Below, piece after piece: positions 17,854-27,280 of a DNA stretch of 64,000 bases. The translations under genes and the position numbers were made by a program. Location: IMG/VR virus record IMGVR_UViG_3300021957_000015, positions 1 through 64,000 of that record; one strand, given 5' to 3'. Within the stretch, counting starts at the first letter, position 1. Each line of letters starts with the position of its first letter. Source of the DNA: a virus. A model generated the notes under the pieces. That model was given only the letters and a program-made list of their open reading frames with translations, searched no databases and had not been told where the DNA came from.

Positions 17854-19350
17854 ATGGATTTAGAACATAATATTTTAGCAGTAGTAGAACCAGCTTTAAT
17901 GCCAACAGAAATAGAAATGTATGCTGCTGGCGAAGAAGAAGGTGGTGATAAACAAACTAAGAACACTGGTAATATTGAGCCATTTATAATGGTAAATAAA
18001 TACGTTTTTGGTAGAGACAATATACAAAGCGTAGAATTAGATTTATCTGGAATTGTGCCTAAGTGCGAAATTTCAGTTATTGATAATAAACAAGCGTTTG
18101 ACGTTGATCACTATCCTAGAGACGGTGATTCTTTCGTTATTTTATTCAATTCTAAGAATCAAGAAACCTTTAAATCTATTCATATGGATTTCGATATTAC
18201 TGAAATAACAAATGAACGAGAAGTTGATGGTGAACCAGCTACAATTAACATGAGTGGCATTGCTAAAGTACCTAAACTGTTTGCAGAAAATTGTCAAACA
18301 CTAGACTCAGCTGGATCATTAGATCATTTAGAAATGGTAGCAAGAGAACTTAAATTAGGTTTAGCAACTAACATAGATGCTACTGATGATAGCCAATCTA
18401 GAATACAAGCATATGAAACTTATTTAGACTTTATAAAATCTATAGCTAAAGATTCATATATCGATGAAGATTCATTTACTAAATTTTATATAGATCAATA
18501 TTATTACTTAAACTATGTTGAAGTTAATAAGATTTTTAACTCATCTAACCCTGACATAAACGATTTACAAGTAGCGTTAGCATCTGCTGCGGTTTCTTAT
18601 GGAGAAAATGGAGACGATGAAGGAAGAGATGCTGATGATCTTGAGATGCCATTAATGCTTACTAACAACAGGGAAATACAGGGATTAAACAACTACGCAG
18701 ATAAAGTAGAACTTATTAACAATTCAAGTAAAATTAGTTTAAAGGCTGGTAATAAAAGAAATGTGATGATCTATGATAATAATAGTGATTCTGATAGGTT
18801 GCAACAATTTGACATAGAGCCATTAAGTTCTACTAATCTTAGAGATATTGAAGAGCCATTAAAGGGTAAAAGAACAGAAGAACGTTATCAAGAAAATGTT
18901 AAGTTTAAGTATATGGGTAGACAAAACGCTGGAGATGATGGTTTAGGTAATACACATAAGAATGCGATCTACTCTAAATTATTTCAAAAGCAAAATGAAA
19001 TGGAAACACAGAAAATGAAAGTAAAGGTTACTTTAAGTAGTTTTAACCCTGCGCTTTATAAGTTTCAAAAGATTCCATTGCTTATGTACCATTATGATGC
19101 TGTTAAAATTAAGGCGGCAGAAGAGGCTCAAGCTAAACAAGATGAGGCTGGTTTTACTGATCAGTCTATAATACCAGATACGGGTGAAAGAGAAGAAGAA
19201 TCAAATTCACAAGTAGTAGATAGATTTTTAACAGGATTCTATATTATAGAAAATATAAATATAAATTATGACTTAGACTCTGGCCTTAGTCAAGAGGTTA
19301 CACTTATTAGGAGAGAATGGCCTACTAAAGTAGCAGATTTAAAGGAATAG
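17854..19350 (+). CDS. Putative baseplate hub (gp27-like)
   Basis: Position between LysM and spike genes; C-terminal LTGFYIIENI...QEVTLIRREW. Confidence 0.55.
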   Translation: MDLEHNILAVVEPALMPTEIEMYAAGEEEGGDKQTKNTGNIEPFIMVNKYVFGRDNIQSVELDLSGIVPKCEISVIDNKQAFDVDHYPRDGDSFVILFNSKNQETFKSIHMDFDITEITNEREVDGEPATINMSGIAKVPKLFAENCQTLDSAGSLDHLEMVARELKLGLATNIDATDDSQSRIQAYETYLDFIKSIAKDSYIDEDSFTKFYIDQYYYLNYVEVNKIFNSSNPDINDLQVALASAAVSYGENGDDEGRDADDLEMPLMLTNNREIQGLNNYADKVELINNSSKISLKAGNKRNVMIYDNNSDSDRLQQFDIEPLSSTNLRDIEEPLKGKRTEERYQENVKFKYMGRQNAGDDGLGNTHKNAIYSKLFQKQNEMETQKMKVKVTLSSFNPALYKFQKIPLLMYHYDAVKIKAAEEAQAKQDEAGFTDQSIIPDTGEREEESNSQVVDRFLTGFYIIENININYDLDSGLSQEVTLIRREWPTKVADLKE

Positions 19351-19368
19351 AAATCGAATATATAGAAT

Positions 19369-20736
19369 ATGCAGCAAGGATTATTTAAACATAGTAATGA
19401 GTTCAAGAAAGGCACTAAGCTTAGAACTATAAATGAAGACCCAACATATTTAAGTTTTATACTTATGTTCGAAAAATCTTCAAAGGAATCTCCTTTGTTT
19501 AACGGAACTGCAGAAAAATATTTATTAGAAACAGTTGGCGGAGATTACGGTAAAAAATTAGCAGCTAACTTAAAATCATTTGGTGATTTATTATTTAAAA
19601 TTAATACAGAATTACCATGGTTTTGGCAAACTATAACCGGCTTAGAGATTTCTCAACAATATAAGGATTTAGCAGAACCATATTGGGGCGCAGAGGATCC
19701 TAAACTAGAAATAGAATGTTTGGAAGAAACTGTTGATTTAACAGTTATCTCTTTAATGGACTTATATAAAAGTGCAGTATATGATTTTAATAGATGGATA
19801 GAAATAATACCCCACAATATTAGGTATTTTAGAATGCAAATAATAGTCACTGAAATTAGACAATTTCAACAGGACACGCATGCTAAAGATTTAAATGGAT
19901 CATATAAACCAGGAGGACCTGTTCATAAAGATGCAAAAGAACCTAAACCTATTCATGAAACTCTTAATTTAGTAGCTAAACCATTTATTCAATTACAATT
20001 TGATTTTTGTACATTCGATATAGATTCTATAGCTACAATGTATGCAGATTTAGGTAAAAATCCTGAAGCTAGAAAACCTAAATTGGCAATAAAATGGCAA
20101 GCAGTTGCTCAAACAGGTGGAAATCACGCATATAAATCAGACGCTAAAGAAGGATTAGGTGTTGTTGGAAATCCAAATCCATATGATTTTGGTCCATTTG
20201 ATCCATTACAGTCCGTAAAAGACGCAGCTAATGATAAGTTAAAATCCATTAAAGATGGTGTAATGGGTAAAATAGATAATTTTAAAGGCGCATTTTCACA
20301 AGAGCCAAACGGATTAGCTAACGTGTATGGTAGTAGTAGAACTGGTTTAAGCGGACCATTAGCGTCGCTTGCGGATCAAGCTATAGATAACGTAATGGCT
20401 AGTCTTTTATTAGGAAATGTACACGGTGTTGGTGGTTTAGGAAGTATAAAAGATGCCATAACTGCTGGAAGTGTAAATGCTATTGCTAATTTAGCAGGAC
20501 AATTATTTACAAATAATGATAATAGTCCAAAAGGAGACTTATCACCAGGTAACATATATCCAACAGATAACTTTGCATTAGATTCATCACCAGATGGTAA
20601 TATTTCTCCTAAGAAAGTATATGATAATACACCAGATGACCGAGATGATCCAATTAACGACAATGTATATGGTGGTCGAAACACAGGCGTAGATTCATCA
20701 CCAGATGGTAACTTAAACGATAACGTACATGAATGA
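19369..20736 (+). CDS. Putative baseplate/tube-junction protein (gp54-like) with a repetitive tail
   Basis: Cluster position; GAATATATA upstream; repeated NVY/H and DSSPDGN in the C-terminus. Confidence 0.4.
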   Translation: MQQGLFKHSNEFKKGTKLRTINEDPTYLSFILMFEKSSKESPLFNGTAEKYLLETVGGDYGKKLAANLKSFGDLLFKINTELPWFWQTITGLEISQQYKDLAEPYWGAEDPKLEIECLEETVDLTVISLMDLYKSAVYDFNRWIEIIPHNIRYFRMQIIVTEIRQFQQDTHAKDLNGSYKPGGPVHKDAKEPKPIHETLNLVAKPFIQLQFDFCTFDIDSIATMYADLGKNPEARKPKLAIKWQAVAQTGGNHAYKSDAKEGLGVVGNPNPYDFGPFDPLQSVKDAANDKLKSIKDGVMGKIDNFKGAFSQEPNGLANVYGSSRTGLSGPLASLADQAIDNVMASLLLGNVHGVGGLGSIKDAITAGSVNAIANLAGQLFTNNDNSPKGDLSPGNIYPTDNFALDSSPDGNISPKKVYDNTPDDRDDPINDNVYGGRNTGVDSSPDGNLNDNVHE

Positions 20737-21445
20737 TAAAGAACTATTTAAAGACAACATTAGAGAAACTCACTGGCTTGGTGAGGTAGTTGTTAATGAA
20801 GATCCATTAATACAAGGAAGATGTAGAGTAAAGGTTTATGGTAAATTCGATACACTAACGGACGACGCTATTCCATGGGCAACTCCTATGAATAGAGATC
20901 AAGTCGGTGCACATTCAGTCCCAAGAGTTGGTGATATAGTTGCAGTTAGATTTGATAATGGAAATATTTACCACCCAGAATATTGGTTTCAGATTGATCA
21001 AAACCCAGATTTAAAGACAGATATATTGGAAGCATCTGATGCACCACATGACGTGATTAGTTTAGTATATGATGCAGAAAGAAATGTTAGAATATATCAT
21101 TCCCCAGAAGATGGCTTAGTTATTACTAGAGGTAGTGGTGCTAAAGAAAGACCAATGATACAAATAGACGAAGAAGGATTCATTAAGATAAGCACAGATG
21201 CGAAGATGTTCTTAGACTGTGGTGATATATTCGTTTCAAATGAAGGTGAACCTGGAGCAGATGAGACAGAGCCCGCAGTAAGAGGTCAATCTTTACAAGA
21301 TTGGTTGCAGATGTGGTTAGATGATTATAATGCACATATTCACCCAACAGGTGTTGGACCATCAGGTCCGCCGATGCCACCTACACCAGCAACTGTAGGT
21401 AAATTATCTAGTACTCATATTAACTATCAACAAAAAGGTAAATAA
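20729..21445 (+). CDS. Baseplate central spike (gp5/gpV-like OB fold with HxH apex, no lysozyme domain)
   Basis: GEVVVNEDPLIQGRCRVKVYG, IPWA, VPRVGDIVAVRFDNGNIYHP; C-terminal AHIHPTG. Confidence 0.85.
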   Translation: MNDKELFKDNIRETHWLGEVVVNEDPLIQGRCRVKVYGKFDTLTDDAIPWATPMNRDQVGAHSVPRVGDIVAVRFDNGNIYHPEYWFQIDQNPDLKTDILEASDAPHDVISLVYDAERNVRIYHSPEDGLVITRGSGAKERPMIQIDEEGFIKISTDAKMFLDCGDIFVSNEGEPGADETEPAVRGQSLQDWLQMWLDDYNAHIHPTGVGPSGPPMPPTPATVGKLSSTHINYQQKGK

Positions 21446-21447
21446 TT

Positions 21448-23337
21448 ATGCCCGTAATTTGGCCATCATTTATCAGCGCAGCAGCTAATACAATTTCAAG
21501 CCACCAATTCACAAAACCAGGTGGAGCTGGATTGTCATATGATATGCCCGAGTTTTCTACTGAAGTAGGAAATCCAGCAAACGCTGCATTTATTACAGGT
21601 CCAGGACCATATGTAAATGCTGTTAATCCAGCGCCTTTAAGTGGTAGATTTGATTTTGGTAAAGCCATTGCTCAAGATTATTTAGATGCCGTTAAAGGTG
21701 CGGCTATGACACCGGTTGGTGCAACACATACAAATAATGGAGGTGCTGAACAACTATTATTAAATGGATATGGCTTAGTATTTGAAAGAATATTAAAAGA
21801 AGGCGATATACCATTAATGGACCAAAAGGATGAGGATGGAAATATAACTGAAGTTGGTAAAGAGTCTCACCCTGATTATGCCGATCTTTGCCCCGAACCT
21901 ATTGTACCTCCAGATCCAGTGGAAGAAGAGAAGAAAATTCAAAAAAAATTTAGTAAGTTTATTGAAGAATCTAAAGAAGATCCATTCTATGATCTATATA
22001 AGTTTAGGTTTTTTCAATTTCATTGTTTAGACGGAAAAGAATCTGCAAGTGATATTATTGATTTATTTGCAAATAGGCTTTTGCAACAATTTGATAAAAT
22101 AGGCAGCTTAAGTGGACAATTCAATTATATTAGATGGGCTACCAGTTTAGGTAAGGCAAATTACGAAGACTTTGTTCCAAATAATTATTATTATGCTAGC
22201 AACCAATGGAAACAAAGATTCCCATATGTAAATGTAGAAACTCAAGTAAGAGACGATATAAAAAATGCAGGCTATAGTAATTGGAAGCAAATAGTAGATG
22301 GAGTTTCTAGAGTATTTAAAGAAGCAATAGACGTTGCATTTCCAGTGTACGAGGTTACAATTGCCGCATATGGAAATAAAGATGAGTATGTTTACAATGA
22401 AAATGACTTATTTAAAAGACTATCACTGGGTAGAAAGGCAGAAACTCCAATGCCGTCTCCAGATTTAAGCGAAGATGTACTTTGTCCATTAGATGAATAT
22501 AAATGTCAAATATCTTTTAATAGAGAAAGAGATTTGCCTGAATATGAAAGCAAAAGACCTAGAATATTAACCGACAGTGTAGTAGCATTCTTTTCATATG
22601 ATAGCAGTGCTATAAAATCTATAAATCAATATTCTAATGTGGGTAATTCAAATTTAGAAGAAGGCGAAGCGCCTAACATTGTATTAAACGACAATAATAG
22701 GATTTTATGGTGGGACAAAGATACTCAATATGTACAAAATCAATATGTTGATTTAGAATATGAAAAACATTGGGCTAAAATACCCGCGGCAGTAAGCAGT
22801 ATTAGTCCAAATTCTACCGATGCTAAAGCAGCATTAACTCAATTTTTATCTATTGATCCAAAACAAGGTGGTACTGTTTTTAAATTTCAATATGATCAAG
22901 CCAAGAAGTCAAAAGAAGCTGCAGAAGAATGTGATGAACTAGAAGAAGGTGCAGAAATTGCATATACTTGGCCAGGTGGAGATCCATACGAAGAAATGGC
23001 AGCAATTACTATTGCATACTGGTATGCGTGTATTGTAAAACCATTTACACCAACAACAGCTATGCCTCCCGCACTAATACCTCCACCACTTACTGGTATT
23101 TATGTACCTATTTATTATGGTGGAAAAACTAGATTAGCTAATAATTTAAGAAGAGCTTGGAACTCTGGTAAATCATTCACTGTTCCACCAACAAAACCAC
23201 CAGCGACCGTAGTCGCTACTGCATTAGCTGCGACTTATGCTATGCATCTATTAGAATTTAAATTACTTTATTTGGGTGGAATTCCGACACCTGCAGGACC
23301 TGTTCCAATGGTGGGTTTTGTACCTGTCGTGTTCTAA
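21448..23337 (+). CDS. Spike-associated structural protein of unknown function
   Basis: Directly follows the spike gene; Pro-rich termini. Confidence 0.55.
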   Translation: MPVIWPSFISAAANTISSHQFTKPGGAGLSYDMPEFSTEVGNPANAAFITGPGPYVNAVNPAPLSGRFDFGKAIAQDYLDAVKGAAMTPVGATHTNNGGAEQLLLNGYGLVFERILKEGDIPLMDQKDEDGNITEVGKESHPDYADLCPEPIVPPDPVEEEKKIQKKFSKFIEESKEDPFYDLYKFRFFQFHCLDGKESASDIIDLFANRLLQQFDKIGSLSGQFNYIRWATSLGKANYEDFVPNNYYYASNQWKQRFPYVNVETQVRDDIKNAGYSNWKQIVDGVSRVFKEAIDVAFPVYEVTIAAYGNKDEYVYNENDLFKRLSLGRKAETPMPSPDLSEDVLCPLDEYKCQISFNRERDLPEYESKRPRILTDSVVAFFSYDSSAIKSINQYSNVGNSNLEEGEAPNIVLNDNNRILWWDKDTQYVQNQYVDLEYEKHWAKIPAAVSSISPNSTDAKAALTQFLSIDPKQGGTVFKFQYDQAKKSKEAAEECDELEEGAEIAYTWPGGDPYEEMAAITIAYWYACIVKPFTPTTAMPPALIPPPLTGIYVPIYYGGKTRLANNLRRAWNSGKSFTVPPTKPPATVVATALAATYAMHLLEFKLLYLGGIPTPAGPVPMVGFVPVVF

Positions 23338-23347
23338 AAAATAGAAG

Positions 23348-23355
23348 GATATATA
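23348..23355 (+). promoter_or_regulatory. Putative late promoter GATATATA
   Basis: Intergenic, upstream of the S1 gene. Confidence 0.65.
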
Positions 23356-23382
23356 ATATGTTACACTCTTAATATAAAAAAA

Positions 23383-24681
23383 ATGACAAACAAATCAAAA
23401 AGAGCTAGAATCGGCGAAACTACGGTCACTCTAGACGAAAAAGCAGTAAAACCAAATACTGAAACAGTAGTAGAATCAACAACTAAGAAAGAAGAAGTAG
23501 AAGATGCCAATGATCAGTGGTATAATGCAGAAGGAGAATTCATGTGGGATGAATATGAAGCTACTTGTGTAACTAGACTTAGAAAACCAAATCCACATAT
23601 TAAAACCAGAAACGGTGACAAGGTTTATTCCAGAGAATTATATGCTCAAGAGCTATATGATAAAATGGAAGTATATGAATCTAATGTCAACATGCTACCT
23701 GAATTAATTGAAGGCGGAATATATGACGGTACAGTATTTGCTGTGACTTCAGATTTTATCACGGTCGACGTGGGTTATAGAGAATCTGTTTATATTAAGT
23801 TTGAAAAAGAGCCTGAACATGTTCAAGCCCTTAGACCAGGTGAAGCTACCTCAGTATTGATCACAACCTATAGACCAGGATCACATGTTATTGGAAGCAT
23901 CAGTGGAGGCGTCAAGCAAAAAACATTTATGGATCTACGAGACGGTGTTGAAAAAGGCGACACTGCTTGGGTAGGTAAAGTTGTAAATATGATAGAAAAT
24001 GGAGGTTACATAGTTAACGTTCAAGGAATAGATTGCTTTATGCCTGGATCATTAGCTGGAATTAATAAACTGCATGACTTTAGTTCTATTATAGGAACTG
24101 AAATGTATGTTGTTCCTGTTAGTTTCTCACCAGACAGAGGCACATTAGTGGTTTCACATAGAAAGTATTTACAAGCATTAATTCCTACTGCAATAGAAGA
24201 ATTAAAAGAGAGTATAGAAGTCGAACAAAAGGGACATGTAACAGGTACTGCTAAATATGGTGTATTTGTTGAATTTAATAAATGTCTTACAGGTATGATT
24301 CATAATAATGATTTAGACGAAGATACGTTAGTTAAGTTCAAATCTAGAGAGATTAAACCGGGCGATGAGATTACATTTAAAGTAAAAGACATCGTTAGTG
24401 AAAAGAAAATTACGTTAACACAGAAAGCTAATGTAGAAGTAAATCCATGGAGTGATATTACAACTAGATATCAAATACCTTCTAATGTTAAGGCTACTGT
24501 CAAAACAAAAAAGGACTACGGTTTATTTATTACTATAGAAAATGGAGTAACCGGATTGTTACATATCAGTGAAATAGGGGAAGAAACAATGTCTGTATTT
24601 AAGCCAGGTGATGAGATCACTGTGCAAATTACTAGAATAGATGTAGACTCAATGAAAGTATTTCTTAAACTACCACAATAA
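23383..24681 (+). CDS. rpsA: Ribosomal protein S1 homologue (about four S1 domains plus a ~110-aa N-terminal extension)
   Basis: ITVDVGYRES; GGYIVNVQGIDCFMPGS...LVVSHRK; YGVFVEF..LTGMIH; DYGLFITIENGVTGLLHISEI...FKPGDEITVQI. Confidence 0.85.
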   Translation: MTNKSKRARIGETTVTLDEKAVKPNTETVVESTTKKEEVEDANDQWYNAEGEFMWDEYEATCVTRLRKPNPHIKTRNGDKVYSRELYAQELYDKMEVYESNVNMLPELIEGGIYDGTVFAVTSDFITVDVGYRESVYIKFEKEPEHVQALRPGEATSVLITTYRPGSHVIGSISGGVKQKTFMDLRDGVEKGDTAWVGKVVNMIENGGYIVNVQGIDCFMPGSLAGINKLHDFSSIIGTEMYVVPVSFSPDRGTLVVSHRKYLQALIPTAIEELKESIEVEQKGHVTGTAKYGVFVEFNKCLTGMIHNNDLDEDTLVKFKSREIKPGDEITFKVKDIVSEKKITLTQKANVEVNPWSDITTRYQIPSNVKATVKTKKDYGLFITIENGVTGLLHISEIGEETMSVFKPGDEITVQITRIDVDSMKVFLKLPQ

Positions 24682-24689
24682 GTTCAAAG

Positions 24690-24727
24690 AGAGTGTGATA
24701 TATAATCAAACGGTAATATCATACTCT
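24690..24727 (+). promoter_or_regulatory. Late promoter GATATATA (24697-24704) embedded in a 12-bp hairpin ending 2 nt before the start codon
   Basis: AGAGTGTGATAT (24690-24701) pairs with ATATCATACTCT (24716-24727). Confidence 0.65.
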
Positions 24728-24729
24728 AG

Positions 24730-26040
24730 ATGCAAAAACTTAATTTAAAATCTACAAAGGAACAAATCTTGAACTCCGCGCAAATAGGCGTGGAGTTCGA
24801 GTTCTATTCCAATATGGGGCTTGAAGAAACTCAAAAGTCATTAGCCAACTTATTAGACCGAAAGATTCGATTAGAAGACAAGGCACACTCTGACTTTGTA
24901 CCAGATGATAAAATCTTTAAAATGGAACCTGACATGTCAGGTGGTAAAGGCCTTATAGAATTAGTAACTGGTCCTATTCCATATAGAAACGCTAGAGTAA
25001 TTATTATAAAAATGCTCAACTGGATCAAAGAAAACGGATATACTAATGATCGAGCAAGTATTCATTTAAATATGTCATTTCAAACTGATTATTTAGAAGA
25101 TCCAATCATGGTTTCTAAAATGAATGTTCTTAAATTCATTTTAGAATTCGATGAAGAGCAGGTTTATCATTTCTTTCCTAATAGAGAAAATTCAACTTAT
25201 GCTAAAAGTATTAAGTGGGTAATGCCTGCTAGGGAATCATATTGGTATGATGAAGATCACATTGCACCTATGAATTTTGTGTTTGCTAATTCTAAGTATT
25301 ATGGTATAAATTTTGAAAAAGCAGAGAAAAACTATTTAGAGTTTAGGTATATCGGTGGTGAAAACTATCACCTTAAGAAAGAAGAAATATTATACTTATG
25401 TGAAAGGTTTATTATGCAGATGTGGAAATCTTGTAATAATCCTAGATTTACTCAACAAAATAGAATAGAACTTAAGAAAATAATCAATAAAAACATACCA
25501 TTAGTTGATATATTGAAAGATCACACTAAATTAAATGAACATTTTCCTAAAATTCATGTGCTAGTTGATTTACAAGATAATGATCAGGTAATAAAAGTTC
25601 AATGGGCTAGAATTAAAGATAAAGTAATTGATCTAATATCTAATGGTTCTATGGAAAGGGGAATTATTAACTATGATTCAGATTATGGTACTATGCAAAT
25701 TAAAGATGGTGTATTTAAAACGATATACTTATTAGATGGGTATGAATTCATAGATTGCGAACTAAGAGGTAACGTAGAAAATTCACAAATGTACAATTGT
25801 TCAGTTGAAGGATCTATGATCAAAAGGTGTAATCTATATAGTAGTACAGAAGTTAAAGATAGTAAAATAGAATCATGCTATGTTAACGGTAGTGCAACTG
25901 CAACTAATTGTTTTGTGTTTGGACGTGACGGCGTATTTAAAGGAAGACTAATTGGTGGTATATACAGAGAGGGCTTTTTAGGAAAAGATGCAAGAATAAG
26001 TGACGAAACAGAAGTAGTAGTCAGTAAAAAAATAAATTAA
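24730..26040 (+). CDS. Putative amidoligase (COOH-NH2 ligase) with a C-terminal beta-helix-like region
   Basis: IGVEFEF, ELVTGP, SIHLNMS, KYYGIN, YLEFR motifs; short C/S/N-rich repeats at the C-terminus. Confidence 0.78.
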   Translation: MQKLNLKSTKEQILNSAQIGVEFEFYSNMGLEETQKSLANLLDRKIRLEDKAHSDFVPDDKIFKMEPDMSGGKGLIELVTGPIPYRNARVIIIKMLNWIKENGYTNDRASIHLNMSFQTDYLEDPIMVSKMNVLKFILEFDEEQVYHFFPNRENSTYAKSIKWVMPARESYWYDEDHIAPMNFVFANSKYYGINFEKAEKNYLEFRYIGGENYHLKKEEILYLCERFIMQMWKSCNNPRFTQQNRIELKKIINKNIPLVDILKDHTKLNEHFPKIHVLVDLQDNDQVIKVQWARIKDKVIDLISNGSMERGIINYDSDYGTMQIKDGVFKTIYLLDGYEFIDCELRGNVENSQMYNCSVEGSMIKRCNLYSSTEVKDSKIESCYVNGSATATNCFVFGRDGVFKGRLIGGIYREGFLGKDARISDETEVVVSKKIN

Positions 26041-26043
26041 ACG

Positions 26044-26901
26044 ATGAGTAAAATTACAAGTGGAACTAATCTTGATTTAACTACACCTAGAGATTTTGGT
26101 GATAATTGTCTAAACGATTTCTTAACTGAAATAGCAGATGAAATCACAGGTGCATGTATGTTGCCTGTAAATCTACCACAAAAGGAAGTTATTAACATAA
26201 TTAATAGGGCTAAAAAATGGATGTACAAAAAGTATGAGGATTCTGTAAGAGAAAACTACTATCACGTTCCGTTTGAAGTATTTAATTCAGATTACTTTAG
26301 AGAAAACAGAGCACTTAATTTACCAGCACCTGCAGCTTCTGGAACACCAGGCGCCGGAGGTGGCGGAGTATTTTCAGTATATGGTGTATATGATTTAACA
26401 TCTGGGTGGAATTCAGTTGGATCTGGAATGGATCTTAGATTCCAGCCTGGTGCAGATTTTGCATTAGAAAGAATGTTATTTAGAAACATGTATAATGGAT
26501 CAGGTCCTGCAGAAGCAGCTGAAGAATTACAATATTATGTGTTAAATGCATCTTTAGCGGATATGTCTAGACAAATTTTAGAAAATCCTATTTCTTATCA
26601 ATATCAAAGAAACACTGGTGAATTAAAAATTATGGGTGATACGCCTAAGGGTGATGTTATATTAGAGTTGTTTGAGACTATACCAGACTGCGCCCTGTTT
26701 GATGACGAAATATTCTTCAGATATGTTAGCGCTAAAATAAAGCAATCATTAGGTGCTAAGTTAGGTATCTTTAAATTCGCTTTACCTGGTAATGTTGAAT
26801 TTGACTATAGCGCCATAAAAGATATGGGCGATAGTGAATTAGAATCAATAGAAGAAGAAATCAAAGGAGATGAAGGTGTAGACTTCATGTTCCATAGTTA
26901 A
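26044..26901 (+). CDS. Neck protein (T4 gp13-like)
   Basis: C-terminal YVSAKIKQSLG..L..F...LPGNVEFD....GDSELESIEEEI resembles gp13. Confidence 0.75.
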   Translation: MSKITSGTNLDLTTPRDFGDNCLNDFLTEIADEITGACMLPVNLPQKEVINIINRAKKWMYKKYEDSVRENYYHVPFEVFNSDYFRENRALNLPAPAASGTPGAGGGGVFSVYGVYDLTSGWNSVGSGMDLRFQPGADFALERMLFRNMYNGSGPAEAAEELQYYVLNASLADMSRQILENPISYQYQRNTGELKIMGDTPKGDVILELFETIPDCALFDDEIFFRYVSAKIKQSLGAKLGIFKFALPGNVEFDYSAIKDMGDSELESIEEEIKGDEGVDFMFHS

Positions 26902-26922
26902 AAAATTGAGATACATATATAA

Positions 26923-27279
26923 ATGGATTTTTATATAAAGACAAAAGGAGACCCAAACTGGAATAGAACGCAAGTTCAAACCAATGGAGAAATAGAACAG
27001 CTCGTTCAACAAATAGAGACTATTCTATTTACTGGTAAAGCTGATGTTTTAGGGGCTCCTGGTTTTGGATGCGATCTAGAGCAGTACATATATGCTTTAG
27101 GGTATAATGAAGGTCAACTAAAGGACGCGTTAGATACACAGATTAAATATTATTGTCCTTTAGCACAAAAATACAATGTTGCCACAAAGGTAAAATTCTT
27201 TAAAGGTAACGTTAGAGATATTGCATATATTGATATTACAATAGACGGTAAATATCTCGTACAATTAAACATTAGATAA
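26923..27279 (+). CDS. Baseplate wedge/sheath initiator (gp25-like)
   Basis: QIETILFT.K.DVLG.PGFGCDLEQY. Confidence 0.82.
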   Translation: MDFYIKTKGDPNWNRTQVQTNGEIEQLVQQIETILFTGKADVLGAPGFGCDLEQYIYALGYNEGQLKDALDTQIKYYCPLAQKYNVATKVKFFKGNVRDIAYIDITIDGKYLVQLNIR

Positions 27280-27280
27280 A

